The position numbers and the translations under genes are program-made. The notes under the pieces were generated by a model. It was given only the letters and a program-made list of their open reading frames with translations. It made no database searches and was not told the DNA's origin. A stretch of DNA of 63,205 nucleotides, counting the filler, from Pelomyxa schiedti (lineage: Eukaryota > Protista > Evosea): the NCBI GenBank assembly GCA_020536535.1. It is 10 parts of 10 records of this genome, joined end to end, with 100 filler letters (N's around TTAATTAATTAA, not from the genome) between each part and the next. Parts side by side here need not be neighbours in the genome. Positions count along the whole stretch, not along the records: positions 19,114 to 23,275 come from JAHLWZ010001630.1; positions 23,376 to 27,533 come from JAHLWZ010000543.1; positions 27,634 to 39,545 come from JAHLWZ010001229.1; 7 more parts are not named here. One strand, written 5' to 3'. This document shows, piece by piece, positions 20,728-32,398 of the stretch (position 1 is the first letter of the stretch; every line of letters begins with the position of its first letter).

Positions 20728-23275
20728 ATGGCAGCCACAGCGACCGCCGTCGGGGAGAGTGTCGATGGTGGCGACGACGTTGTGTGCGGGGTGTGCATGG
20801 ACGTGTACCGCGACCCAGTGTCCCTAGAGTGCGGCCACACCGTCTGCCGCAGTTGCGCCCTCACGACGCTCGTGGCCGCCGCCAGGCTCGCTCAATTGCC
20901 TGCCGCGGTTACAGCCACAACAAAGGAAACAGCCACTGCGGCGCCTCCCGCTCATTCCCGCGTAAGTGCCAATGACGCGATGCCGGAGCAGACAAACGCA
21001 CCGCAGTCACAACCAACCACTGCTTCTGACACGCCGTCGTCGTCTTCGTTATCGTCTGGGTGTCGATGGGGATGCTGCTCACATGATACACCCGGTGTGT
21101 GTTGTGTGTTGTAGTGTCACGTCCCTCTTTCGGGTCCCACCTCATTTTCGCCTGCTTGTACAACTCACACACTGCAAAAAGTTGAACTCAGGTGCCCGTT
21201 CCGGTGCGAGAGGACAACAAAGACAACGATGTCAGGTGACAACCTGAAACCAAACACTGTGGCACTGTCCCTCGTTGAGTCCAGAAAAGCGGAATTGGTG
21301 CGTGTTGTAGGGGCTATCTGCTTCTTTTCCTTTACAACAAATAAAACGCAGATGAATGCAACACTGTGTGAGATGCAATATTGCTGTGAAGAACCCACAA
21401 GTACACCATCTCCAGCCACATGCAAATGCTTTTCGTGCCGTGGAATGCTCTTTTGTGGACCTTGTTTCGCGCAGCATCACCAAAAGGGCAACTCCCTGAG
21501 AGCTCACCAGGTGCCAGTATTTTCTTTTTCGAACCCACAAGTTCGAACTCAGTGATATTGCTCACAACCGCCAATTGGCATCAGGCAACAGAAATTCCAC
21601 CACAAGGGAGGAGCTCCCCTGCTGCACCAATGTGTCCACATCACGCAAACAAGGAACGAGACTTGATGTGCTCGTGTGGTGCGCCAATCTGTTATTTGTG
21701 TGAGAAAGCGACAAGTCACTCTGGTCACACAAGCGTTCCATTGGTTGACAGTGTTTCTCAGAAGGTCTCTGAACTCAAAAGTGTGCACCTTCCTTGGCCT
21801 TTTCCTTCCACCTCAGCCCAAAATAAAAAAACAGGACTCACCAAAGAATTGAATGATATTTCTGAAAAAGAGGTTGAAACCATTTCGAAAATCAATGCGG
21901 AGCAGTTGTCAGTGCCAAAGGTTTAAATTGTGCACCTTTTCCACCAACCACTGAATGTGTCCGGTTCTCTTTTTGCAAACAAACAACACAGGTGATAACT
22001 GAGGGTTGCACGCCAATCCTGGCCGATTTGCAGTTGATTCTGGGTGCAGTTGAGACAAGGTGCAAGGAGATCAATGAAATGTCACAGTCACTCTCTGATG
22101 CAATGAGTTCTCGTTTCCCTTCTCCTCAAAAACAACAAGCAAGAAACCTGCCCAGAGTTTGGCACCTTCTAACATTGCATCCCTCCTCACAGCACACAAA
22201 CTGGGAGTTCAGTGCACTTCGATGGAAGCTGTGGTGAAGAACCACCAAGCTCTGATTTCCAAGGCAAACCAAGTTGTCCAACAGCAGCAATCTCTGGACG
22301 TGCTCCAAGCACACTCAGTCCTCTCTTCCAGCCTCTCAGATAAATCCTTGCTTTTGGTGTGACAGCCATCACCCACCATTTCACATAAACTCACCGGTTT
22401 TGGTGTCTCCTCTCCTATTTCACACAGGACACACAGAGACTCGAACCATGTGAGCAAGCCAAGGGATTCACGTGGAAGAGCGGACCACGCGACGAGGTGA
22501 TTGGGATGATCAGGGGGTTTGGAACAGTGACCAAAGGGAGGGTGCCAAACACACCCAGTGGTGGCAGGGCCCCAACGTGCACAAGGCCGTCGTCATCATC
22601 ACCCCAATCACAACAAGCCACTGATGCAACAACAACAACAATCACAGTCCAGTGGGACAAACCATCTCCGCTCTCCAATGAGACCACACCCGAACAAGTT
22701 GTGGGTTACAATGTGATGGTCTCAAATCCTGCTTTGGGTTCTGCTTCATCATCAACCGGGGGTGTGGTTGTGGTGTCAGTGAATGGGAGGGAGACAACCA
22801 AGTGTGATGTGACAGTGGACTCCAAAAACGAGGTGAGTGTTGCTGTTTGTGCAGTGAGCCTCGTTGGATCATCTGAGCCAACACAGCGTGCCACTGTCCC
22901 TCCACTCCCACCAGGACCCAGGGAGGTTGAGGTGTTTGCATGGGGTGCCGCCGGCGGCGCAAACAATTCCCAGGACATGGCGGGTGGCCCAGGGGGGTTC
23001 AGCACAGCCAGGATGCTGATCAAGACTGGCACGAAACTCACCATCGTGGTGGGCCAGGGTGGTGCTGGTATGGTGTACTACCCCAAGGGACCAGCACTAG
23101 CAACGAGGAGATCATTTGGTGGCGGTGGAGGCGGCGGCGGCGGCGGGGGGTGGGGTTCCTATGGATCCAGTGGGGCAGGGGGAGGTGGGTGCAGTGCAGT
23201 GATGGTGGGGGGTGTGCCCCTCGTCGTGGCTGGTGGCGGCGGCGGCTCCGCACTATCCCACGTGTACGGCGGGGG
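20728..23275 (+). CDS. TRIM-like protein: RING (with long insertion) - B-box - B-box - coiled coil - FN3 - glycine-rich domain; 3' end truncated
   Basis: RING CGVCMDVYRDPVSLECGHTVCRSC...CPFRC...LKPN. B-boxes LCEMQYCCEE..CKCFSCRGMLFCGPCFAQHH..H and CPHHANKERDLMCSCGAPICYLCEKATSHSGH. FN3 ITVQWDKP..VVGYNV..VAVCAVSLVGSSEP. Gly-rich VFAWGAAGG..GGPGG..LTIVVGQGG..LVVAGGGGG. Confidence 0.85.
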
Positions 23276-23375
23276 NNNNNNNNNNNNNNNNNNNNNNNNN
23301 NNNNNNNNNNNNNNNNNNNTTAATTAATTAANNNNNNNNNNNNNNNNNNNNNNNNNNNNNNNNNNNNNNNNNNNN

Positions 23376-25573
23376 TGGGATCATCATACACTTCAGGCAC
23401 AAATACTTTGGCTTTGACTCTTCCGTGATTGTTTTGCACCCTTACTTTCTCCTCAATCTCTTCAAGGAAATCCCTGCCACTGTTTTCATTTCACCCTTTC
23501 GCAGTTCTACACATGATCTTATAGAGGCAGCTACAAATAGTTCCAATTCTACATTGCTGGAAAAGCTGGGAATCCTGATTGCTGGAAAAACAAGGCAATT
23601 ATCCTTCTTCTTTTTGCCTGCTGTAATGCCAACCCACGACCCTAACCAAGAGGCTTTGGTTTCCTTCTGGAGAGTCTCCCCTACAACACGATCGGTCTTT
23701 AATGGGAGATCAATCAACTTCACCTTTCTGGTCAATCAGCAATTTTCCCAAGTCATGGCCTCGTTGTGCAACCATCCAGAAGTGACTCCCCTTCTGTTTT
23801 GGCGAGATGGAATTCTACTCTCATCCAACATCACTTCCACCATCAGCAGTGCAGAAGAATGCTGCCCGACGAGGGTCAGCCAAAGATTACTCATGACACA
23901 CACAGATGATGGGGAACACACAACAACAATTGATATTTGCATGCACACGATCTTCATATATGAAGAGGAGGAGCAGGCGCAGGAACCCTCTTGGAGCCAC
24001 AACTTGATGTCGACTGTGTTGGAGGTGTTGTTGAATGGAGGCCCAACAATCCAATCAGAGATCATCCTATGCCCACATTGCTTACTGTCGTTTGCCAAAA
24101 CTTGTCCGGCACCAGTGCCTGGAATTCACGGCGCGTTTCCACCAAGAATAAGGAACTTTACCCGCGCAGAAGTTGTTGAGAAGCTATTAGAAAGTGGAAG
24201 AGGGCACCTCACATGCAAGCAAGATGGATCACCAACGTCAGTGAGTGTGCAGGATTGTGCACCCGACTTTTTTGGCCTTGGCTATTCTGTTTTCCTGGAT
24301 AACAGGCACATAGTCTTTGGCAACTTGGAGCTTACAACCAAGACAGAAACAGAGGAACCCACAACTATGGCAACATGGCGAGGCCACTTGGTGAGAGTTG
24401 TGAAACAAATAAGGGATGTCAGCTGTGCTAAAAAAGCACACATCCCCTCCATTCCAGATCACCCAAAGGTTGCCAAGTTAATTGGCCTGATCTTGGACAT
24501 GGACAAGGAATCTGTCGGCAAGGTGATGGAATGTTCAAATCCAAGAGTACCCGCACATCTGGAGGAAGCACTGGGAGCCAAGTCAATGACAAGACTCAAC
24601 AGCACTCCTTTCCTTGGGCCATTGTTGAAAATCTGCATTCAAAAAGGGAATCGGCAGCTTCTGGAACAAGTGTTATCAATTACTTTGAGGGAGAAGATTC
24701 TGAAAGACATTGCGCATGGTTTGTGCCACCTCCACGGATTGGTTCCTCCCGTTATTGCGAACCTTGATGTTGGTTTGTATTTGCCAAACACTAAAATTAT
24801 CAATCAACCAACACACAACAAAAAACAGGCAATATTTTGGTCGTATCACTCGATGAATCACAGCCGGGCCCTTATGTTAAGGTCAAATTCTTATTTTCTG
24901 CTCTTTCTTTCCTCTCACAGAAAGAAATGAAGATTGGTGACTACTTCTGCACTCAAACAGAACTACCATCGGCCCGGCCTTGTTGGAGCCCGGAAGAAGC
25001 AGCCGAGAGAACACCGCTCCTCAACACCCAGACCGATGTGTGGAGGTTTGGTGTGTGTACATTTCCTGCACTCCGCACTGTTCACCACGGACTTATTCCC
25101 ACACAGGAGTTCTCACGCACCGGGTTGTTGACCCCCTGACATCCGCCGTTGAGCTGCAAATAAACTCACGCGAACTTCCCGGCTATTCCAGCCCGGGTTC
25201 CGGAACTTCCTTCCATCACTCCGCCATGCACCCTGTGCTATTACCTCATTCACGCAAAGGGCCCGGCCCCAGGACACAGAGGGTGAAGCTTCGCCAACTC
25301 GGCACCGCTCTGTTCGCTCTGCAGCAACCACCGGGTTCCACAACCATCATCACACCAACCAACACCAAGCACCTCCATCAGCAACATCTTGCACAATCAC
25401 AGCAATTCGTCAGCGGATTCTTTCCGCACTCAGCAGATACCGCCTCGAGTACGGCATCGACGCGGATGCCTTGCTGGGCACAGCAACTTATGACGTGCTG
25501 TTGGACCCTGGATCCAGAACACAGGCCTTCCATTCTGCAACTCCTTGCCATTTGGGAATACCTTCACCCCTAA
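23376..25573 (+). CDS. Roco/LRRK-like protein, 3' part: COR domain plus pseudokinase
   Basis: COR-like IVLHPYFLLNLFK, LFWRDGILL, ILCPHCL...LTC...CAPD. Kinase-like LREKILKDIAHGLCHLHGLVPPVIANLDV|GNILVVSLDE..VK|IGDYF, TDVWRFG, LMTCCWTLDPEHRPS. Confidence 0.8.
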
Positions 25574-25592
25574 GAAAGAAAAAAAAGAAAAA

Positions 25593-25664
25593 TTCCGATG
25601 CCGGGAATCGAACCCGGGGCCACTGAGTGAAAGTCAGAGATGTTGCCAACTACACCACATCGGA
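25593..25664 (-). tRNA. trnE: tRNA-Glu (anticodon UUC)
   Basis: Minus strand TCCGATG TG GTGT AGTTGGCA ACAT C TCTGA CTTTCAC TCAGT GGCC CCGGG TTCGATT CCCGG CATCGGA A folds as a cloverleaf, with an oligo-T Pol III terminator immediately downstream. Confidence 0.95.
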
Positions 25665-25845
25665 TTGAACAGACTTCGTCTCCCCTTCATCTCACCTCCC
25701 CCTGATCTGAACACCAAGTTCCAGATTTAAATTTTTGCGTTCCACCAGAAAGAGGACGTGACACAATCAGGGGGATACTTCGGCCTAATACATATCAGCC
25801 TACTTGGTTCATTTTGCTTTAGAGATTGTGACTAGTTTCAAAGTC

Positions 25846-27188
25846 TCATCCTTCCTGTGTTAGCACCAGGCTAACAGTGGAATCAGGGAAGAACAGAGCA
25901 CATGCATGATACCAAAAGATATGTTTACCTTGTGGTGACACTCTTTTTGAGAAAACAATTAAGAGCGAGTGAAGGCCAAAATTCCAGACTAACCTTGGGA
26001 GAGTCATTGGCTGGGAAAGGGATCCATTTCCAACAAAAGTTTCAAGGGTTCCAGCAACCAAATCCACTTCAACTGTGTACTCGTGTGTTTCTTTTTCCCC
26101 AGGATAGTTTCTGGGACATGGTGTGAATAAATCGAACCTCTCAGTGTGTTGCCAAAAAACTGCTCCGTCGTAGCAATGGAGGATGACTGAATATTCACAG
26201 CCTGGAGGCCTGGAATCGAAGATGCCACTGAAACTGAAAGAGGTCACATCGATTTCAGATGTGTCGCCAAGGATTCCAACAATAAAACCTACTTTTTTGT
26301 CCATTCTTTTGTAACACCTGTGAACTGTGGTTGGGGAAATTCAAATCAGTCGGGATCACCTGGTTGTGGCATTTTTCTTCCACTGTGGCTTTTGGTTTGG
26401 ATTGAATTCCACCACACTGAGGTGCCCACTGACTCCCCACCCACACTTTCTCTCACTAATGTTCATTTCGTCGCTTCCAAGGAGTGACAAGTCAACACCT
26501 GAGCCCTCAGGCAGACAAAAGCTGTCACTTGTGAGAATCCACCTGTAGAAGTGATATGGCATCAGTGTGGTTGCAGTCAGTCCATCGCCTCTCACTCGAT
26601 AAGCCAAATTCTCCCTGAACTGCAGTTTCCAGTGCATGCACAAATCCAGGTCACAATGTAAGTAAAATAAAAGGTTCCTATTCATACATACACCAAAGAA
26701 GGGTGGCTTCATCAACAAACAAATTGAGCCGATGAGGGTAGATGGCAGGTACTTAATCCCACAATCGGGACGGTGGCNNNNNNNNNNNNNNNNNNNNNNN
26801 NNNNNNNNNNNNNNNNNNNNNNNNNNNNNNNNNNNNNNNNNNNNNNNNNNNNNNNNNNNNNNNNNNNNNNNNNNNNNTGTAAGTAAAATAAAAGGTTCCT
26901 ATTCATACATACACCAAAGAAGGGTGGCTTCATCAACAAACAAATTGAGCCGATGAGGGTAGATGGCAGGTACTTAATCCCACAATCGGGACGGTGGCTG
27001 CTGCTCCTCCACCGACGTGGCGCCACCCTGGTTGTGGTGCAACCAAAAATAACGGCGACACACACCCTCCTCCAGCATTCCCTGTTCCACAAAACACCGG
27101 TGGTGCCCACCGTCCCATCATTGTTCGTTCGGCAGTGCTCACTCACACCACCAACCGCCCGTTTCAACGTCTCCCACACTCCATCCAT
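25846..27188 (-). CDS. Protein with a divergent N-terminal box and a C-terminal SPRY/B30.2-like domain
   Basis: N-terminal RRVCVAVIFGCTTTRV...GIKYLPSTLIGSICLL; C-terminal GFIVGI...YTVEVDLVAGTLETFVGNG...WYHACALFFPDSTVSL resembles the end of SPRY domains. Spans an artefactual 100-N gap. Confidence 0.5.
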
Positions 27189-27357
27189 CAAAATTTTTTT
27201 GGTTGAACCATGTGTTCTAAAGTTCTATTTCTATCCTTACTGCTGCACATTGTGACTGGCTTGAACCCTGTGTTGGAACCATCAAAACTCTAGTGGTAAA
27301 ACTTTGATATTTTCGAATTCAGGCGTTGGTTTCCATCAATACGCGAAGAAACCAAAG

Positions 27358-27533
27358 ATGCAACCGGTGTTGTGCCCGGGTGGCAACCACCTCATTGCCA
27401 AACAACAGTTTATTGCGCTGGCCTGTGCCCTCCTCCCCCCCCCGCACCACCAACCCACCACCATCATCCCCCTCACGCTCCTCCTCATCGTCGTCGTCGT
27501 CTAAATCCCCTGTGCACCGCGGCGGCCGTGGTG
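27358..27533 (+). CDS. HPRCG-box-like gene, 5' fragment with an apparent frameshift in a poly-C run
   Basis: MQPVLCPGGNHLIAKQQFIALACALLPP, continuing in a shifted frame as RTTNPPPSSPSRSSSS..SKSPVHRGG; contig end. Confidence 0.4.
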
Positions 27534-27674
27534 NNNNNNNNNNNNNNNNNNNNNNNNNNNNNNNNNNNNNNNNNNNNTTAATTAATTAANNNNNNNNNNN
27601 NNNNNNNNNNNNNNNNNNNNNNNNNNNNNNNNNAAGTGAGTAGAGGTTGGAATGTTGGTGGGAGAATGGGAATG

Positions 27675-29221
27675 CTATGCAAGGCAATACAATGGAATGG
27701 AATGATCGAGATTACCTGATGTTACTAGCTTCTTCCACTCGCGGGTGAGTAGCCAGAGTTGATGGTATTTTTGCTCCTGCTTGGATACCCAGTCTCTTGC
27801 TCTGTCAAATGTGTACGGGGGGAGAGTGAGTGATCCCCGAATTGTACGGACAAGTTCTGCTCTAATGTCACTTGGAAAGACTATTCGCTCGTCCGCTGCA
27901 TCCTCTATATAACGTGCATACAGTGCAAGAGCCATTTCTTGCTGTAAGGAAATGTTTATGGCACAGTAGGTATTTATTAGGTGCGAAAACCTGTTCAGTG
28001 GGAGTGTGAGTGGAGAAGTCACTTGTTTCCTGCAAGAAGTTTTGCAGGCGCGATTGTCCAAGGGCTTGAAGATACTGCTGAAACAACTTGCAAAACGTGG
28101 TATGACACTTGGTGAGTTCAATGGAGGGAGCTTTATGACCAGTCTATTATCAATACTTATTTGGTGCCAACTCCACCCCAACCAACGTACTTCTGAAGTT
28201 TCCTGGTCGTACAACCAAAGGTCTCTCCAATTGGTTGCCCAAAGCCACCTTGTTAGTGAGTGTTCTTGTAGAAGCTTGACAATTTCGTTTTGAGCATCAT
28301 TGAAAAGTTCTGCTTTAATCTCGACAGGGGGTGTGTCGGCAGGGGGTGTTTGATTTAGAAGAGTGGAGAGTGCATCCATCGTAGCAACTATTTAAGGTTG
28401 TAACTCTCCTCCAGAAGAGAAATGGACTTACAGGAGAGATTCACTTGTTTGTCACTATTCAAGGCAATGTAGACAGAGTAAATTTCCATGGCCTTTGCTC
28501 TGATTTCCTGCAGTACCTTTAGAAAAGCCATAGTGTGCCATTATACCTTGGGTAAAGCACCGGAATGAGCTAAGCCTTTAAATTTTTCCACTTCATTCCA
28601 AAATAACAAGTTTTCAGAAGCGTATTCCTTCTCCAAGAACAATTGAAAGCTCTCACGCATACTTGTATTGGAAAGCACCTCTCGGATAGATGGATAACGA
28701 GCTGAAATGTGTAAATATTAATGGAATTGTAATATTGAACCAAACCCGTGGAAGAGCGGTCCATAAACTGTGAGTACTTGGCAAATGCAATAGCTATTTC
28801 ATCCTTGGTGACTGTATCCGATGTTTTCCTCGCAAATGAGTTCTGCCTGGCCCTTCTCTCAGTCTGCTCCATTTGCTGTGATGTCTGCCAATCCTCGACA
28901 ATCTGATGTGCCCTAGGCCCCACGGAGGCACGAGGTGCACGTGCAGCCATTGCAGACATCAACATTGCCGAGGGAGAATGTCCAAGTGCTGCATTACTGA
29001 CACCTGGAGAGGGAAAGCTTGGAATCTGTGGTGCACCTACACTCCCACAACCAAACTAGTGAGTAGGAAATTTCGAAAGGGAAAATGCAATAACTAGTGG
29101 TGGGAGCCTTTATATCTACAGACTGTTCCCCAGAGACTGACTTACAAAAAAAAAGCAGGGGTGAGCAACAAGCAAAGGGGTAAATCAAATAAAACACTCA
29201 AACAAGAAGAGCACTACTCAT
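27675..29221 (-). CDS. Regulator of G-protein signalling protein with two RGS-like domains (multi-exon)
   Basis: Spliced motifs EEYASENLLFWNEVEKFK, KAMEIYSVYIALNSDKQVNL and LFNDAQNEIVKLLQEHSLTRW; second domain ALYARYIEDAADERIVFPSDIRAEL..TFDRARDWV. Start approximate. Confidence 0.8.
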
Positions 29222-29349
29222 TGGAGGGCTGTCCTCTCTCTAAATTGCCAATAAGCAAGGCCTCTGAGTAATTTTGGTTCCACGAAATGTACAAGCAGTA
29301 CACAACAAAAAAAACTCGATTTCTTTTTCGGCCCGGGCTCATCACACCC

Positions 29350-31101
29350 TCAGGACACTTTGTGGTTGTCAGTGTCAGTTGTGGACGTTGGTCTCCCAGT
29401 GTCCGTTGGGGCGCCGGTGTCAGACCGCGTGAGTGCAGAATCACCGGATTCTATGTCTATGTCATCTGTGGTGAGGAGTGCATCGGGAATCCCGGTCCAT
29501 AGAAGCCGTAGGTGGCCACGGTTGTACGCTTGCACAGTGCTGGAAATAAGAATCGCGGGAACTGTGGAAAGTATTAGCATGATGGGAGAGCAAGGTGAAG
29601 AGCGGTGATACCAAGGTAAAGGAGTGCTGGTTGGCCGTAGTGGGTGACAATAAGCATTATAAAGGTTATATACAATCCTGTGAAATATGGGTGAGAAGAG
29701 TGTGGCATTGAAAGGCAATTAACCCTACCACTTATGTAGGCGATTATTCCCACAACAAAGTATGACTGCCCAACACGACGGAGTTGCGTTTGGCATTTAG
29801 CCCATAAGCCACTCTCAGTGCTTCTGCGCTCATGGGTGCTTGTGAGAGGCCTTGTGACAAGTGCGGAGGTAGCTCTCGAACCGATAGGAGACAGAATTAC
29901 TCCGTCAGACGCCTCATCTCCAATAACTACATCGTCACCATCAGCAGAAACACTGAAATCTTCACTATCTTGTGGAATGCTGGTAGTGGAAGTCCCTACT
30001 TGAGAGAGATACAAATCTACACGATACAGCAAGCATAGATATATCCCTGGAAGTATCTACTTGTGAATGAAATGATGAGACGCATACATAGAAAAAGTAA
30101 AAGAAATGATAAATACAATATCTCCAAGCCCAAGAATTGATGCTCCCTCTGACAGGATGCGAGGAAGATACAGGATCATTGGTAGGGCTTGATCTTCGGG
30201 TGTTAATCCAACCGCAACAGTTACCCTGTTGTGAAGTGGTTAAAAGAGAAGAGTAAAGAGTGGCGGCTTCGTACATTACGCTCTCACCAAATATAAAAGC
30301 AGAAAAGAACACCCAGAACACATCATATAGGAAAAAAAGAATGAGCAGAATAAGTGAAACTTTGAGACTTGGTAATCTCACTCCAGCTACACTTAGAACA
30401 CCCATACACAGTGCCAGAACTGTGAAGTGACTAAGAAAGGATACAGAAACCCGTTAAAATACAGTTCGACAGTGGCCAAGATAACGTAAAAACCCAGGGT
30501 AAAACAGGCAGTAGCGAGACCGGAAGTACAACTAAGGCAGCAACAGGAATGTCATGCCCACGTACTCTGGATTGTTGTTAATTGATATTATTCGTGTATA
30601 AATCACCTTATCGATTCTCTGACCGAGAATGCAGACAACATTGACTCCACAAGCGGATAGGCCACAAATGATACCCCAATGGTTGCCGTAATGCAGAAAA
30701 GAACTAACAGGAAGTAGTATATCTGGTGCATTAAGTGGCTTCATCATAAAACGAGGGGAACAAACAATCTTCAGGAAGTAGAACAGAATCACCAATACAA
30801 TACTCCCAAGTATTGGCAAAATGATTGCCATTTTCATGGATATTTTACTGCTCTCCTCTGAGGAAAACTTTTGTTAATGATAATAAATACATTCAAATAA
30901 CCATATCCAGGCACAAAAGAGGAAAATTTAACAAAAAAAACAAGTAACAACAAAAAAAAACAAACACATACGGGCTTCGACATCCATGGTGCCAATCAAA
31001 GTAGTCACTGCCGAGGACTTGTACGACCCAGTGACAATCGTTCCCACTGCCGCAAACACCAGCGCGAAAGTCGCCGGGTCAAAAAGCAACAACGCCGGCA
31101 T
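29350..31101 (-). CDS. Signal peptide peptidase-like (A22B) intramembrane aspartyl protease
   Basis: Catalytic [11 protein letters not shown] and ILGLGDI, plus GQPALLYL; multiple TM segments; about 7 introns. Confidence 0.92.
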
Positions 31102-31463
31102 GAACCCCAACCACCACACTATGTGATTAATTGTCTAGATGTTATCCAACCACAACAGAACACTTGTCCACTCCGCTATCTACGCTGAGCGTCTTCTCTG
31201 AAACACTTTTTTTTTTTTTGATTTGGTTGGAAACTGGTAATGTAGAAGGCAACAGCTTCTTGTTGGAAGAAGAGACATTGTCAATGCACCTTGTGTGAGC
31301 CAGTGATTCTCCCAACTTCAACCTGGGAATGGGAAATTTGCAAGAGCAACACACCTAACTTTTCCTGAGGAAAGACAGAGAAAAAGTTGGTTTTGAGGGT
31401 TGAGTACTGAAACTGGCTGGGTATTTCCTTTTCCCTCACTTCCTGATGGGTCTGGAATCAGGA

Positions 31464-32337
31464 TCAGGTGAGTAAACAGGTCAGTTCGATGTAAAGAGCT
31501 TCTTGTTTGGCACACCGGGCAACAATCTCAGTTGCTGTTTCTGCATCTGTTGGGTACTGTTAATTTAAAGAAAGGTGCAATAAAAGTGACACACTGTCAG
31601 GCTCCCTCAGTTTTCCCTGGAAGCTCAAACTAGCTTGCCCTTGGACTTCTTCGTCTCTTCTGTTATGATGAATATGATGAGTGACTGAGCCTTGTAATAA
31701 GGCCTGGGTTGTCCAATGCAATGACGGCATTGTCATGCGGCGTGTTGTTGCTTCCCGCCCCCCATAGATGGTGTGTTTTATTTCCAGAGACATGGTATTG
31801 GAATCAATGTGGCCGAATGGTGGCTTTTCTCCAGCAGACCAGTATGTTGAAAGCTCTGCTGTTGTAGCTTGGACAATATCACCACCTGCATTAATTGTGA
31901 TATACATTAGTACTTTCTGAGAGTGATATCTTGGCAGCTCTGCGAAAACAATCTGCACCAGGTAGTTCCCAGCAGGGGTGTGCCACAAAAGCAAGCAAAT
32001 TGCTTTGACTTTTTACCAAAACAGGTAAGTCATGAATGTGGATGTGTATGCTTACGATGAGTAACTCACAAAGTTCGGGGCACAAGGTACGAGCAGGCGA
32101 GTTGGCTCCGCACCTTGTGTGCGAGCCAGTGAGAAGCGCCAGTGCCTTCATTATGGGAATTCCGCAGATGGGGCTGTCGTCCCCAAGTGGCATCACAAGG
32201 CCGCGCGCTATTTCGAATGGATCGGGCGCGACAACACCCTCCAACAGCGGAATTGGCGCCGCTTCGAATGTATCGGGGTTCATAACAACCTCCAACTTCA
32301 ACCGTGGCATTGGCGCCGCTTCCACGTGTCGCTTCAT
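31464..32337 (-). CDS. HPRCG-box family protein with introns (3' end uncertain)
   Basis: ATG at 32337; IMKALALLTGSHTRCGANSPARTLCPELCELLI, followed by an unrelated C-terminal region. Confidence 0.6.
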
Positions 32338-32398
32338 TTTATTCTTGTGCCTCCACGGACCGGAAACGCACTGGTTTTTTTTTTCCTTATCCGATTTC

